Below are positions 22,145-34,627 of a stretch of DNA of 64,000 nucleotides, one piece after another. Every line of letters starts with the position of its first letter. Position 1 is the stretch's first letter. The notes below the pieces were generated by a model, which was not told where the DNA came from, ran no database searches, and was given only the letters and a program-made list of their open reading frames with translations. The position numbers and the translations under genes were made by a program. Source of the DNA: Massalongia carnosa (Eukaryota); the NCBI GenBank assembly GCA_965645245.1, contig OZ287082.1, positions 1,550,001 to 1,614,000 of the forward strand. Direction: 5' to 3'.

Positions 22145-24872
22145 GGGTACGGATAGAAGTACACCCCTTTGGTTACCCACACACCCCCCTCGGTTACCTA
22201 CGCAGCCCCGTCGGTTACCCACACACCCCCCTCGGTTACCCACACACCCCCGGTGGTTACCCACACACCCAACCCTAAAGTAGCTTAAGTTTGAAATGTT
22301 TCTTTGGCCACTTTCCCTTATCGGGTGACCATCTTTCCTAACTAGGGAATTCTGATCCTGCATCTTCATTCTGCGTTTTCCCTGCATTGATACCCCGCAT
22401 TACTGACGCCACGTCGTCATCTTGAGTCTTCGTCCTCCAGAAGATGGACAATCCTTCGAATCACTGGATGACCTTGTTATTCGTGTTAATGAGCATGCCG
22501 CCCCACAAGGATATGCCATCGTGTTAAGCCGGACCAAGAAATCGAAACTCGGAATAAGAAGAAAGGCCTGGTTGATTTGTGATCGAAGAGGAAAGCCCCG
22601 AGGTCCTCAGGGACAGGAAAGACGTCATACTAGCAGTAGATGCATAGAATGTCCGTTTCTTCTGACTGCCAAGCGAATGGAAGAAGATGGAGGTGCCTGG
22701 ATTCTGGAGGTGGTAAATGAGGAACATAATCATTCGTCCAGTCTCGCTGGCGCCTATCCGGTGCATAGAAGAATGGCGATGACAGCAGAAGTGAAAAGTG
22801 AGATATCTCGTCAATTAACAGTGCAAGTAGCACCTTCCAAAGTTTTATCTAGTCTTCGCATTCCTGATCCCACTTTGTGATCAGTCAACACGGACGATCC
22901 GGCCGATCCTCAGATTATTAATCCTCTTTTCAAACCTCTAGATATCTATAATCACAAAGCTCAGATGCGTCGCGAAATTCTGGGACCGCTTACCCCCGTG
23001 CAGGCATTGATTCAAGAGTTGGATCGAGGGCATTGGACATACCACATGCAGAAAGATGTGCTGAATCGCATCACTCATCTCTTCTTCGTCAGAGATAGCT
23101 CCCAAACTCTTCTGAAGACAAACTATGAGGTGTTGGTAATGGACTGCACCTACAAGACAAATCGATATCGCATGCCTCTTCTTATTGTAAGTGGTCAGAC
23201 CAGTCTGCATACAAATTTCTATGTGGCTTTCTGTTTCATAGCATCAGAAACCACCGCCGATTACACGTGGGTATTGTCTCATCTGAAGGCATTGTATTTG
23301 CAACTCGAACTTCCTGATCCAGTCGTTATCGTTACTGATATGGAACGTGCTTTGATGTCCGCTATTGATCAGACTTTTCCGAATACTAATCATCTTCTTT
23401 ACATTTTGCACATCAATAACAATATCGTAGCCAGTTGTAAGAAAAGCTTTGATACCAAAGAAGCATGGGATGCCTTCTTTGCTGAATGGAAATCCATCGT
23501 ATACGCCACTACCGAACCGGAGTTCTGGCAACTATGGGGGCGGTTTTGTGGTACGATTCCTGGAAATTGCGTGGAGTATATCACCTCAACTTATTTGTCT
23601 TTTCGGCATCATTTCGTCAAATGCTACACTGACAAGATGTTGCATTTTGATACCACGACGACATCTCGAGGTGAAGGCGGCCATGCAGTTTTGAAACGTC
23701 AGCTGGGATCATCGACCGGAGATCTGAAGACGGTTGTGGATGGCATCAACTTACTATTGATCAATGAACTTCACAACTATCTTATTACATTCAACGAAGC
23801 CAGAGACCGACTTCCCATGGATCTTCGAAAACCAGTATTTCAGCGATTAACCGGATTCGTCACCCCTCATGCCCTACGAAAGATGCTTCTTCAGTACAAT
23901 CTTGTGGTCGGACGACCCATAGTATTGGGGCCTTGCACCCATGCTTACACCATCACAACTGGACTTCCATGTAGTCATAAAATCTAGGAAAGGTTGTATG
24001 AGGAAGGAAGTCTTTTGATTGAAGACGTTTATCCACATTGGAGGTAGGTTATTGGATACATTCAGAGTTTCCCTGCGATTACTAACTATTGTAGGTTTCA
24101 GAGAACCATGCCTGCCAATACGAGGAATGACTTACTATTGGTGCAAGAACCGGAGATGGCTAGAACTCGAGGACGTCCTCAAGGAGCTGAGAATCTCAAC
24201 AGAATTACCATAGCATTTGAGGCCTCTACCAATCGAGTACCTTCTCAATTCGAACGTGTCGAGATAGAGACAGCTAGGATAAACGAGATAGTCGATCCAG
24301 TGGTGGAACGTGTTATACAAAGAGCCGATCCAGCACCCGGAAAACGAGGAAGGCCACGAGGTCGACCCCGAGGTGTAGGAAAAGGGGCGGGACAAGGTGG
24401 AAGAAAGAAACAACCGAAATCAGCTGGCATAGGGGGACAATCAGAATTAGCTGGCACAGGGGGACAATCAGAATTAGCTGGCACGGGGGGATAATCAGAA
24501 TTAGCTGGCACGGGGGGATAATCAGAATCAGCTGGCACGGGATACAGGCCACAGGCGGAGTAGCTGGGCTGCAAAAAGACTGGTCTAATCAAATCGTGGT
24601 CTGATTGACGAAGATGGTCTCAATCGACTCCGTTTGGAAAAGTTGGGTCAGAGCTGGCAAGGGGTGTACAGCTAGGCACGTGCCAGGTGATTAAGTAAAA
24701 TATTAGGTTGTGGGGAAAAGTTTAACGGCTTAACCTAGTTAGGAAAGGTGGTCAGCCAATAAGGGAAAGTGGCCGAAGAAACTTTTCAAACTTAAGCTAC
24801 TTTAGGGTAGGGTGTGTGGGTAACCACCGGGGGTGTGTGGGTAACCAAAGGGGTGTGCTTCTATCCGTACCC
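22145..24872 (+). mobile_element. Mutator-like (MULE/Hop-like) DNA transposon
   Basis: Long TIRs starting GGGTACGGATAGAAG with internal GGTTACCCACACACCCCC repeats; 8-bp TSD TATATTTT (22137-22144, 24873-24880). Confidence 0.93.
22422..24563 (+). pseudogene. MULE transposase (FAR1-like DNA-binding domain, DDE core, AT-hooks) with premature stops
   Basis: GYAIV..CDR..CPF..HNH; MDCTYKTNRYRMPL; VTDMERAL; TTSRGEGGH; GLPCSH; RGRP motifs. Stops at 22878, 23985 and 24492; 27-bp repeats at 24416-24541. Confidence 0.9.
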
Positions 24873-25069
24873 TATATTTTATCCAATTTCACCAGTTTTA
24901 TCACCTATTTACAACTCATTTGCGACGCCGTCTCATCATGGTTTGCAACCTCCATTTGTTTTATTTTCAACCTCTTTGCAAGTATTATTAATAAGTAGAT
25001 ATATATCAATTGCGCGTTCTAATAGTAACTCCTAGTCTGACGATAGCACCCTTGATAAAAGTTAAACTG

Positions 25070-25430
25070 CTCATCCTCATAAATCTTATCACCTTCATCA
25101 TTCTTATCCTTATCACCCTCATCAACCTCATCACCCTCATCACCCTCATCACCCTCATCACCCTCATCACCCTCATTACCCTCATCACCCTCATCACCCT
25201 CATCACCCTCATTACCCTCATCACCCTCATCACCCTCATCACCCTCATCACCCTTATCACCCTCATCACCCTCATCACCCTCATCACCCTCATCACCCTT
25301 ATTACCCTCATCACCCCTATCACCCTCATTACCCTCATCACCCTCATAACCCTCATCACTCTCATCACCCTCATCACCCTCATCACCCTCGTCACCCTCA
25401 TCACCCTCATCATTCTAATTACTCTCATCA
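25070..25430 (-). repeat. (ATCACCCTC)n 9-bp repeat encoding (DEG)n in the pogo transposase tail
   Basis: Over 30 units; the minus frame QTNFIAFDESN*N-DEGDEG..QTRSYY* continues the transposase. Confidence 0.85.
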
Positions 25431-25583
25431 AAAGCTATGAAGTTTGTCTGCTCGCGAATAGAATCATCTTCTATAACTTGTAGACAATAATCACCTATAG
25501 TATCCGTGATGAATTCGATCTCATCCCTATCTTTATCTGTCTCATCTGCAGTCTGCTCCTTCTTCTTTCTTGCCGCCTCCTTC

Positions 25584-25834
25584 TGTTATGGTCTACCTAG
25601 AGACATGTCATAGGGACACTAGAAACGATTACAATAAAGATAAAGAAGGAAAAACACAATCGACAACCAGAACCTGGTCCTATATATCCTCTACTGCGCT
25701 AGTACCCATGTGGTATAGTCGTCATGGAACCTTCTAGTAGCTGCAGGAACGAAATCGAAAGTGCCTGCTTGTTCTATCTACGATTGCCCTAGGCGTTGCC
25801 GAGTGCCGAGGTCGTGCCGTGTAGAATCGTGACA
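25584..25834. mobile_element. Solo LTR (251 bp)
   Basis: TGTTATG..CGTGACA with a perfect CCTTC TSD; interrupts the transposase frame. Confidence 0.9.
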
Positions 25835-27054
25835 CCTTCCTCGCCTCCTCCATCTTCCAAATAGAGTTTGTCTTCTTCCATTCTGCTTCGGGATCTTCAA
25901 TGTGAGTCAGCTTATCAATCAAAATGATGACGCCTTGCCTGTCGAGCTCCTTAACTTGCTTTTGCCGAACTCTTTTACCTTTTCGCGCAACAACTCCCTT
26001 GATGTGTATAACATTACGTTCTATTCGCCATATTCTCATATAATTGTTGTGCTCCTTTCTTCTTTCCTCTCGTTCTTCTTTTTCTTGCTTTTCGGCAATA
26101 ACTCGTTCTGCGTCCTTCTTTGTGAGTCCTGACGCCTCCGAATAGGCAGATCTTATCCTCTTGCGAGAAGTTGCTTTGTGTAGCAATTCATCTTTTCTCC
26201 TTTTGCGGATAACTTTCAGTTCGAAGTCGGTGAGATTTGATTTTGCAACAATCTGCTTCGCACTATCAACAAACTGTTCAAACTCGTTTGGCCGATTATC
26301 ATCACTCCACTGCCTAACATTCTGAATTTTTTGCAACAAATCAATCAGCCCCCTTTCAACATCATCGAAGGTTTGAGGTTAAATTCGTGCGGGCAATACT
26401 GGAAGGGGGGATTCTCATTCGCGCGCTTCTGACCCGGCAGGTGGTCCCGCATCACCTGCTCACCCCGCAGCATTTGAACGGGCCTTTCAACCCCTGGGGC
26501 GGCGAATTTTTAAGCTGTTTAATGCATAAGCCCCTATTGATAGGCTATATTCCCGCCTTTCTATAAGCAGATCGAATGGTGGAGCTTGTGAAAGTGTTGT
26601 CTCGTATTTTAGTAAGGTCTTGACAAAACCGAGTCAATAAATACTCGGTGATGAACTCTGCAAGGACATCTTTATCATGCCATTGCTTATAGGGTTGAAA
26701 TACACCCACATCAAGGGGTTGCATACAATAAGTCAGATGTGGTATCAGGGGGAGAGGGCGAATGTGATTTTCATTGGCAAGCTTTATAAACTCAGGGGTG
26801 CAATGAGTCCCATGATTATCCATGAGCATCAATTTCTACTGCTTTGTAGGCCCCGAGTTTGTATTCGCAATGAAATGCTTCAAAAACTCAATAGCTATTT
26901 TATCGGTGATGAACCCACTTTCTGATACTTGGACCAGAGTCCCCGTGGGCAGCCCTTCTTGGAACCAGTTCTGCATTATTCTACGACATTGCATGATTAA
27001 AACGGGGGGGGGGGGGGGGGGTGGTTAATAACCGGCGGCGTTGATGCTTTCAAT

Positions 27055-27481
27055 TGTCACGGAATCGCTTTGCACCCTCCCGCTTGTCCTGATCGGGTTA
27101 GTATTTAACAGGACCCATTGCTGTGAAACCTCACCCATCGTGCTCAGGCGTTCTTCTGGCGCCCTCAGCGCACTATTAATCTCCTACAATCCGTATTCCA
27201 ATCTCAACGTCTCTACTATCCAGGCTTATGACTGACAGTACTTCGATAAACGCGGGATAGGTCAGAGCAATCATGTTAAGGAAATTTAGTATAGGAACAG
27301 AGATGGGGCAAGTCGAGAATAGGAGAGTTGAAAGCCATGGCTATAAAGTCTATATGGTTTCCCAGGTGTTTAGAGCTCTTCATCGGACGTCTTGTGTATT
27401 ATACTCAACTTCTAGTTTTAGCATATCTAGATATCCGTTCTGCGAGATAAAGTCTTGTATCTCTCCAGCCCTCCCCTGACA
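27055..27481. mobile_element. Solo LTR (427 bp)
   Basis: TGTCA..TGACA, TSD TCAAT/TCGAT (one transition). Confidence 0.85.
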
Positions 27482-28471
27482 TCGATTATGGTGAGAGATT
27501 TGCGATTTTCTGGACAGATTGAATAGAACTCCTTAATATCTGATGGAACTAGAATTTCATGACCCTTCATACATCCAAATCGAAATCCTGCTTCATCAAA
27601 GTTTCAGATATCTTGTGCACGAGTTATCCCCAACTCTGCAAGAACCCGCTGATATCGATCAAACCATGATCTCACATCTGACTCCTGAGCCGCAGTATAT
27701 CGAACAACTGCTAGTGGCTTGGTCTTTATCTTGTGCAGATTATCGTCTTCCACCATTGCCTAAACCACCGCGGACTTGGACCATTGAATTCGGCATCTTG
27801 AGCACGTTTCAGAGTCTTAATAACAGCGAAAACCACTTTATGAGTAGGTTGAATGCCATACGCAATCAGAGATCGAATGAATTCGTGAATGGCTCTGACC
27901 TGCTGCTCCTCCAGTATTTTGTTCTGCCTTCCAATTTTCTTCGGCGGCGTCTTTTCACGTTTCTATTGAACTGTAAAGAGTAGTCTCGGCGAGGTTGAAG
28001 ATTCGAGCTGCGCAAACGATGCTCTTCATGGGGTTTTCTAATAAAAACTGCTTAGCATTTTGCACGCACGTTGCAATAGAATCACTCGTTTTAATAAGTT
28101 TCTTATTCATGACGCTGTTGCTATTCATGATTGAGGTAGGGAGCGGTCGATGAAATAGGGAGAGAGTGATTGACGAAATAGGAGGCATGCAACTGATGCG
28201 GTCGCGATTGAATTAAGGTGAATATCCCGGTTAATCAATAAGTAGTTAGGATGTGCAGTTAATGTCTATCTATAGTATGAATAATAACAGTTAACGGTCG
28301 TAGGTTGCGGTCAAGAAGTGGTGTAAAAAGATGCAAAATAGGTTCTAAAATGGGTAAATTTGGACAAATCATGAAATTAAAACTACGTAGATCACTTGCC
28401 TACGCAGACCGCTTTCCCCGACTAGAGGTGATATACCTCATATAGAGGCAGCTAAGCGAGGCCGACGTATA

Positions 28472-28984
28472 TGCATTTATTGATGCATTCTTTACGCAAA
28501 GAAACTTTCTGTTCTTTATTTCTTTAACTTTTTCTCGTGTTCTTCAAGTGATGAAAAATCGTTTATTCGTTATTGACATGTTTATTCATCTTGTCAAATT
28601 TCAATTCAATATCGATGCTTATTACGAACCTGATTTCTTTCTTGTTACTCAATTAAATTATTATTAAGTTAGCTTGATACTTAATTAATTTCAGATTTCA
28701 GATTTCTTCGTCAGCTAATCCCGAAACATTTTGATCTTTTCGTCTCGTTATTGTACAGAGAAGTGCTTTTAAGAAAAGCGTACTTTTCTTGTTATTCTTG
28801 AAATTTCAGATTCCTCGAAAGAGTTTCTAATAAAAGAAACTTTTTCTTCTTCGATTATTATTTTCTCGAAATTTAATGATCATTCGAAAAAGTCTTTATC
28901 AAGAAATACTGCTTCTTTTCTAAATCATATTTTTTCTGAATATGATAATTAATCTAAAGATCGTCAAATCTATCATGAAAATAA
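28472..28984 (+). pseudogene. RIP-mutated Gypsy relic part 3 (protease)
   Basis: AFIDAFFTQRN..IHLVKFQFNIDAYYEPDFFLVTQLNYY..LIFSSRYCTEKC aligns by eye to AFIDSSFARRH..THLAKLRLQIATHSEPANLLVTNLGHY..LSFTSPYCLQHC. Confidence 0.7.
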
Positions 28985-29781
28985 TGTTACAGCGCCGCCG
29001 TATAAGGCTGATTATTACTAAGCCTGATAACTCAGCGGTGCTAAAAACGGTCATACTATAGTCGGGTCAAGCGATGACTGATGGGACGGGTGTAAGGGGT
29101 CAAGTCTAACAGCGTGACTACTATATGGATTCGTGATAAATGTACGAATAGAGAGTGGTAAATCAATAAATTAATCAGTGACCCCTCGAAAGAAGTTGGC
29201 GATAGGGTCTTTATCCTATAGCCCCACTTTTTAGGGTCACGAGTCCGTTGATTTACTTAAAGTGATTATGATTGGTATAATAAAAAGAAGAATACGAACA
29301 CGAGCCGTGTCCTAGTCGGAGATTCGGAGATCGGTTATAACTACCGATTCGCTTATGTCAGGACGTGCGTGACCTGACATCACCCTCCTTCTAGGGCTCA
29401 TGTCCTCAGGAGCCCGATGTGGAAGTTCTGTATAACTTAATGTCGCATGTGGTTCCGGGTACTGCCCGAGTACTAGGAATAGCCTCTTCAGACACACGTT
29501 ATCCGTGTTCAGTCTAGAAGTCATGCTTGCTGTCATGAGTCCAAGTCTCAACTCTTTCTTATTTGTTTGTTGACGTCTCATCAGTCTTAACTCTTTGTTT
29601 TTGTTGAGCGTACCTTGCTGGCGGTGCCAACTTTATTGGGCTTAGTCTCTTCTTTCTTTTCATATCAACAGGTAGGGTTCGTTGTTTCTTTCTCTTTAAA
29701 CATCACCTCACCCAACTCCGTACTCCATATTTTCATCAATCTTTCATCACTTTACCATCAACAACTCTATCATCAACTCTC

Positions 29782-30560
29782 ATGTCGAGGTCTAAAAAAC
29801 CTCGGCGTGTTGTTCCGGTTTCTGCCCGTTTATCGCGGGCCAAGCGGTCCCACCCTGCCGTTTCCCCCCTTTCCTTGCCCCCGTCGCCCTACCACTCCTG
29901 GTCCGTAGGACCATGTTTTCCTAGGTGTCATAGTTTCCCCCGCCGCGCCACCCGTTTCCGCCTTGGTTCGTGGCGGTTCCCCTCTGCCTCTCTTTTTTCC
30001 GCTCCTCCACCCGCCCATTTGGGTGGGGCCTACCCCGGAGGTAAGCGTTTGCCTCCGGTGTGCTAAGCAGACCCTTGGGGGCTACCCTCTCGCCTGTGAG
30101 TGGTCCGAGGAGTCGGGGAAGTGTGGGGAGTGTCGCCGGAAGAAGGCTAAATGTTTTCCGGTAGGTGGAGCTCTGTTATGGAAATTTTTGTCTAATTTAG
30201 GTAGGTTCCAGTCAGTTTCCGCTGCTCGGTGGCTCATCTCTTGGGGGAGGTCGACCAGTTCATGGCTGGTACGGGGTCCATGGACCAAGCCGGGCGGTTT
30301 ATCCGTCTCTGGCCCGTTTGGCCATTTGGGAATGTCATCGGGCCCAGGACCTCCGGAAGAGTAGTCTGGGGTCTCTGGACGCCCTAGCAAATATTGAACG
30401 CCTAGTCTTCGAGGGTAATGCCCTTGGGCTTTTCCAGGTATGAGGTCTAGTGTCGGATTACTTTAATCGTTTTTTGACACTTTTAGGCCGGATTAGATGT
30501 TGGACCCCCTCCAGGGGAGGATATTTTGGTGGATCGAAAAGGGGGTGAAGGGGTAGGATA
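29782..30560 (+). pseudogene. Antisense accessory gene with a Zn2Cys6-like motif inside Gypsy B
   Basis: CLRC-x9-C-x8-CGEC-x6-C at ~30050-30154, followed by a GTAGGT..CTAAT..TAG intron (30161-30204) giving CFP-VPVSFR. Basic/Pro-rich N-terminus; frameshifted. Confidence 0.6.
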
Positions 30561-30624
30561 AGGTGGTTGTGGTGTGGTAGATAGCAGTCTGATCCTGTAT
30601 TCATCCGACTCCAATAGAAATGGT

Positions 30625-31298
30625 TCATGCCTTCGATTTTCTTTTCTTCCTCGTAGGAGTTCTGGACGGTTTTCCCGGATATTGATTATGATAGGAATTA
30701 ATTAATTCCTGTGATCCTTCCATGTCTTCTACGGATAACCATTGATTATCCGTATCAGAATATCCCATCCATTTCACCAGATATTGGAGTTTTCCATAGT
30801 GAATTCTACTATCCAGCACCTGTTCTACCTCCTATTGTTCTTCCCCTTCTACTTCTATGGGTAGAGGTGGTTCAGATATTTTGTTCGGGTCATATCTATA
30901 AGGTTCCAATAGGGAAACATGGAACACATTATGAATACCCTTCAATAACGGAGAAAGTTTGGAGTTTGTAGGCCTGTTTTCCTATAGGAGAGATAATTTC
31001 GTATGGCCCGTAATATTTGTAGTCCAGTTTTTTGGACGGACGAGTGGATTTAATATTTTTTGCGTTCAGGAGGACTTTATCACCCACATTATACGTCTTG
31101 GGAATATATTTCTGATCATTAATATTTAGCCTGGGTACTTGAAGCTGTTTGTAATAATTTCTCCAGGTGTTTTCTTTTGTCCATGATGTCAGTGGCCAGG
31201 ACGCGTGCAGCAGGAACCTCGGACCCCTTTTCAGTCAGAATTTCGTCTTCCCATTTGGGCGCTTCTCCAAATATAGCTTCGAAGGGGGTCATTTTTAT
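30625..31298 (-). pseudogene. pol: Gypsy B integrase C-terminus and chromodomain
   Basis: GPY region, HNVFHVSLLEP and EVEQVLDSRIHYGKLQYLVKWMGY. Confidence 0.9.
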
Positions 31299-31511
31299 TG
31301 TCAGGGTCCTAGCCTGACATAGGGCTTAGGAGGTTTAATGAACATGCTTACCGCCAGTTATGAGGGAAAAGGGGATCACGGGAGCACGTGCACTAGCGCG
31401 ACCCACGGTGATAATATCTTCGTCAAGGGCGCACAGTAATTTCACTTTTCCTCTTGTAGATAAATTTTGGTTTAGTAGCGGTTGATTAGAATCGACGACA
31501 GCTTCTTTACA
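31299..31511. mobile_element. Solo LTR (213 bp)
   Basis: TG..CA with a perfect TTTAT TSD; removing it restores HSVIKMTPFEA. Confidence 0.9.
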
Positions 31512-31788
31512 TTTATGACACTATGTAAGCTATTATTATAAGAGAATTCTGCCAAGGGTAACCAGTAAGTCCAGTCATCCTGTTGATAATTGACGTAGCA
31601 TAGTAGATATTGTTCCAGTGTCTGATTTTGTCTCTCGGTTTGACCATCCGTTTGTGGATGAAAGGCTGTACTGTAACTGAGTCGAATTCTCAAATGATAC
31701 AAGTACTTTGAGGTGAATAAACTACCGCTATATGAGACAATAGACACTGGCATACCGAATTTGGTAAATATTTCTTCCACTAGGAAAT

Positions 31789-34467
31789 TGTCAGGGGACT
31801 GGATTGGATGGTCAAGCTTTCTAATTGACTGAGTCTATAGAAGATTTCCCGAGGAAATGCCGCACTTTACAATTCGGCATTAGAATATTGTTTTCGTCGT
31901 TAATCAACAACTACAACGATTAATGAATGTGTATTATATATAGTATAAATAGAAAGTATATACACGATATCTGACCCTAAAAACCTTACATAGTAAAACG
32001 CCCTGGGCGCTGGACCAATCTTCCAGTCGAGGTAGTTAAAACCACCTCCTCTACCTCTCTAGCGATAATAACACGAGTAGGCGGCTTTACCTTCTTCTTT
32101 CGAGTCTTTTGAACTTTATTAGACCCTGTATACTGCTTCTGCTGCCCGAGCTGTCCCTTAGGATATCTGTTTGCTGCTTTACGTAACTCCTTCTGAGCCT
32201 GCTTCTCAGCGGCCTTTGCTACCTTTGCTTCTGCAGTCAATCGCCGCTTCTCTAGAGCGATTGCTACCTTTTCTAGCTTCTTCTCTTCTTTCTGTAACCT
32301 TTTAGTAGTAGCTTGTCGTCGCTTCTCGCTAATATCTAGCTGGCGTTGTGCTTCTACTTCCTCTTTTGCTGCTTGAAATTCCCTGGCAGCCTGTACTCGC
32401 TTAGGACTAAAGAATTGAGGGCCTGAGTCCTCTTCCCCAACTAAATTAAGCCGTTTACCTCTCTTCCTCCACTTCTATTCGTTCTGAAGGGTATTGCAGA
32501 GCCCTTTGATCACGTGTTTATTGATAGAGTCCTGGGCAGCAAGGCGTTCGTTAGCCCGGAAGATCTTTCCTAGTAATAACTTCGTAGGCGCAATATCGTA
32601 CGCTCGCTGCGTACGGCGAATAGCACGGCTTGTCATTGGTGTTTTTGGCGACTGAGAAGGAGCCTCGATTATCTGTGGTGTGATAACATTTAGTATAAGG
32701 CTCGGATTGTAAGGCCAAATAATGATTTTTGCGAAGGCAGAAGCAATTTTTTCCTCCGAAAATGCCTGCTGCCATGCAGGGAAGAAAACGCTCCAAAAGG
32801 CTCTTTTTGACATGTTTATCATGCCTAGACTATCGAACATTAGTCTATTCCGCCCATTGGTATAAAACGTTGCTAACGACGCGAATAGAGAAACGTCTAG
32901 AGGCTGTAAACGATGCGTAGAGTGCGAAGGTAGAATCAGGAGAAGAATACGTAACTTATCGCATTTATCGATAAACTTAAGATTCACGTGGCTAGAATGA
33001 CCGTCTACTATCAGTAAACGTCTTCTATTTCTAGCCTTTTGCTTCGTATAACGCTGAAAAACCTGCTCTAGCCAATTCAGGCCAAGGATATCACAACTTC
33101 ATCCTTTCGCCGATACTGCAAAGAACGCCTCGTCATTAGGATTTACATCCTCAACCCATGTATCCTGGAGAGTATGCCAGAGTCGCCTTTATAGATCAAG
33201 GCAGGAGGTAAAGCGGTTCCGTCGGTCCCGATACAAGCAAGGAGGCTGATAAACTCCCTATTCCCGTCCTGGCTTGCATGTGTGATCCGCCCTGATTCGA
33301 GGGTCTCTAGCGACATGATACGTTGCGTGGCTCTTACTTGGCCAATCACAAAGCCCTTTTCGTCCCAATTGTAAAGGTTTTCCCCCGTGATATTGTATTT
33401 TTCGACACCGGCGACTAGCTAATAGAAACATTAGTTATTTTCGATCATAATTAATATTCAACAAATAGGAATGGGTAGTTAACACGCTACCAAATCGTAG
33501 AATTGCTTAAATAAAGGCGGATACTCAGATTTTATACGCTGGCTATCCATATTTCGAAGATAAAGACTTTTAAGCCTATCCTTGTATCGGCGGACAAAAT
33601 CCCCTGTCCAGTTCTTCCTTACAGGCCCTCCTATCACCTCCTCCGCTAGGTTTCGTACAATTCTGGCGATTGGGGGCAGTCCACGATCGACAAGGCGATT
33701 GATTTGCTGAATTATGGCCTCTTCCTGGGCCAAGGTAAGTCGTTGCTTGTATTTGGACGCGGCTGCCTTTTGGGACACCGTTTGGCCTTTCCAGCGCCTC
33801 GGGAGGGTACTTTCCACTAGGCTAAACCTTTTATCTGTACCCCTGAGGTTAGGCTGATCTTGCTGATTCAGATCGGCAATTGCGAGCTCGATACGAGCGT
33901 TGAGGGTGGATTTATTCATGTTTGAAAGTAATGGTTGGAAAGTGAGAAGATGCGGCATTTCGTCGGATGCGGCATTCCTCGGGAAATCTTCTAGCTACAG
34001 CTAGGCTAGATTGGCTATTCAAGACGTCGGACAAGGAGCCAGAACTTTCGAGACTCGACCCCTTCTTTTATATCTGTTCCTCACCTCCTTATCCCTTTGT
34101 TTCCTTAATCTTCGATGTCTCCTATTCATCTCCTTTTCCCAAGTTAATACGTAGACACCTAAAGGGGACCGGGTAATTATGGTTTCGAAGATCGGAGGCG
34201 GAGCCGTACTCGATCTAAACCGCATCGAGAAAGGTTGGAACAGCGCGCACTGACCAATGAACCTGTGGTAGGTCTAATGAACCTGTGGTAGGTCTAATGA
34301 ACCTGTGGTAGGTCTAATGAACCTGCGGTAGGTCCAATAAACCCGCGGTAGGTCCAATGAACCTGCGGTAGCTCCAATGAACCTGCGGTACGGTAGGGAG
34401 GGACAGGATAGATGGGGCAACTACGGATAAGGCCGAGATCCTTTTGGTTCGAAGCCGTTTCATGACA
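31789..34467. mobile_element. Solo LTR (~525 bp) interrupted by a pogo element
   Basis: TGTCA..TGACA, TSD GAAAT/GACAT; removing it restores MADV-LVEEIF. Contains a 20-bp tandem repeat at 34255-34390. Confidence 0.8.
31840..33991 (-). mobile_element. Fot1/pogo-like DNA transposon (decayed)
   Basis: TIR GAAGATTTCCCGAGGAA(A)TGCCGCA, TA TSD; HTH_psq/CENP-B-like N-terminus, YNWDEKGF, VDGHSSH and HRLQPLDV. Confidence 0.92.
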
Positions 34468-34627
34468 GACATCAGCCATGATTTCAGCATTCCAGTCCTT
34501 TCGTGCGGGAATATATCGAGAACATTTGATATACCGATCTACCATGACAAGAATCGCATCATAGGCCACGGTTCGGCGGAGACTCGGGGGCAGATCCGTT
34601 ATGAAGTCCATCGTCTATTTTTGTCTA

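Larger units (their letters stand above)
21886..28469 (-). mobile_element. Fot1/pogo-like DNA transposon with ~230-bp TIRs, containing a MULE and two solo LTRs
   Basis: 21886-22120 is the inverted repeat of ~28240-28469 with TA flanks. Decayed DDE_1 transposase on the minus strand (LMDNHGTH..MQPLDVGVFQPYK) at ~28110-25019. Confidence 0.85.

Noticed and set aside
22170..22275. Telomere-like or independent satellite repeats (GGTTACCCACACACCCCC)
   Set aside because: They are sub-repeats of the MULE TIR, mirrored at 24810-24850.
25006..25483. MRV- and ITL-repeat ORFs
   Set aside because: Alternative frames of the 9-bp repeat; the meaningful frame is DEG.
27004..27021. G18 run as a G-quadruplex or regulatory site
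   Set aside because: Lies within a dead transposase; homopolymer slippage or sequencing error is sufficient.
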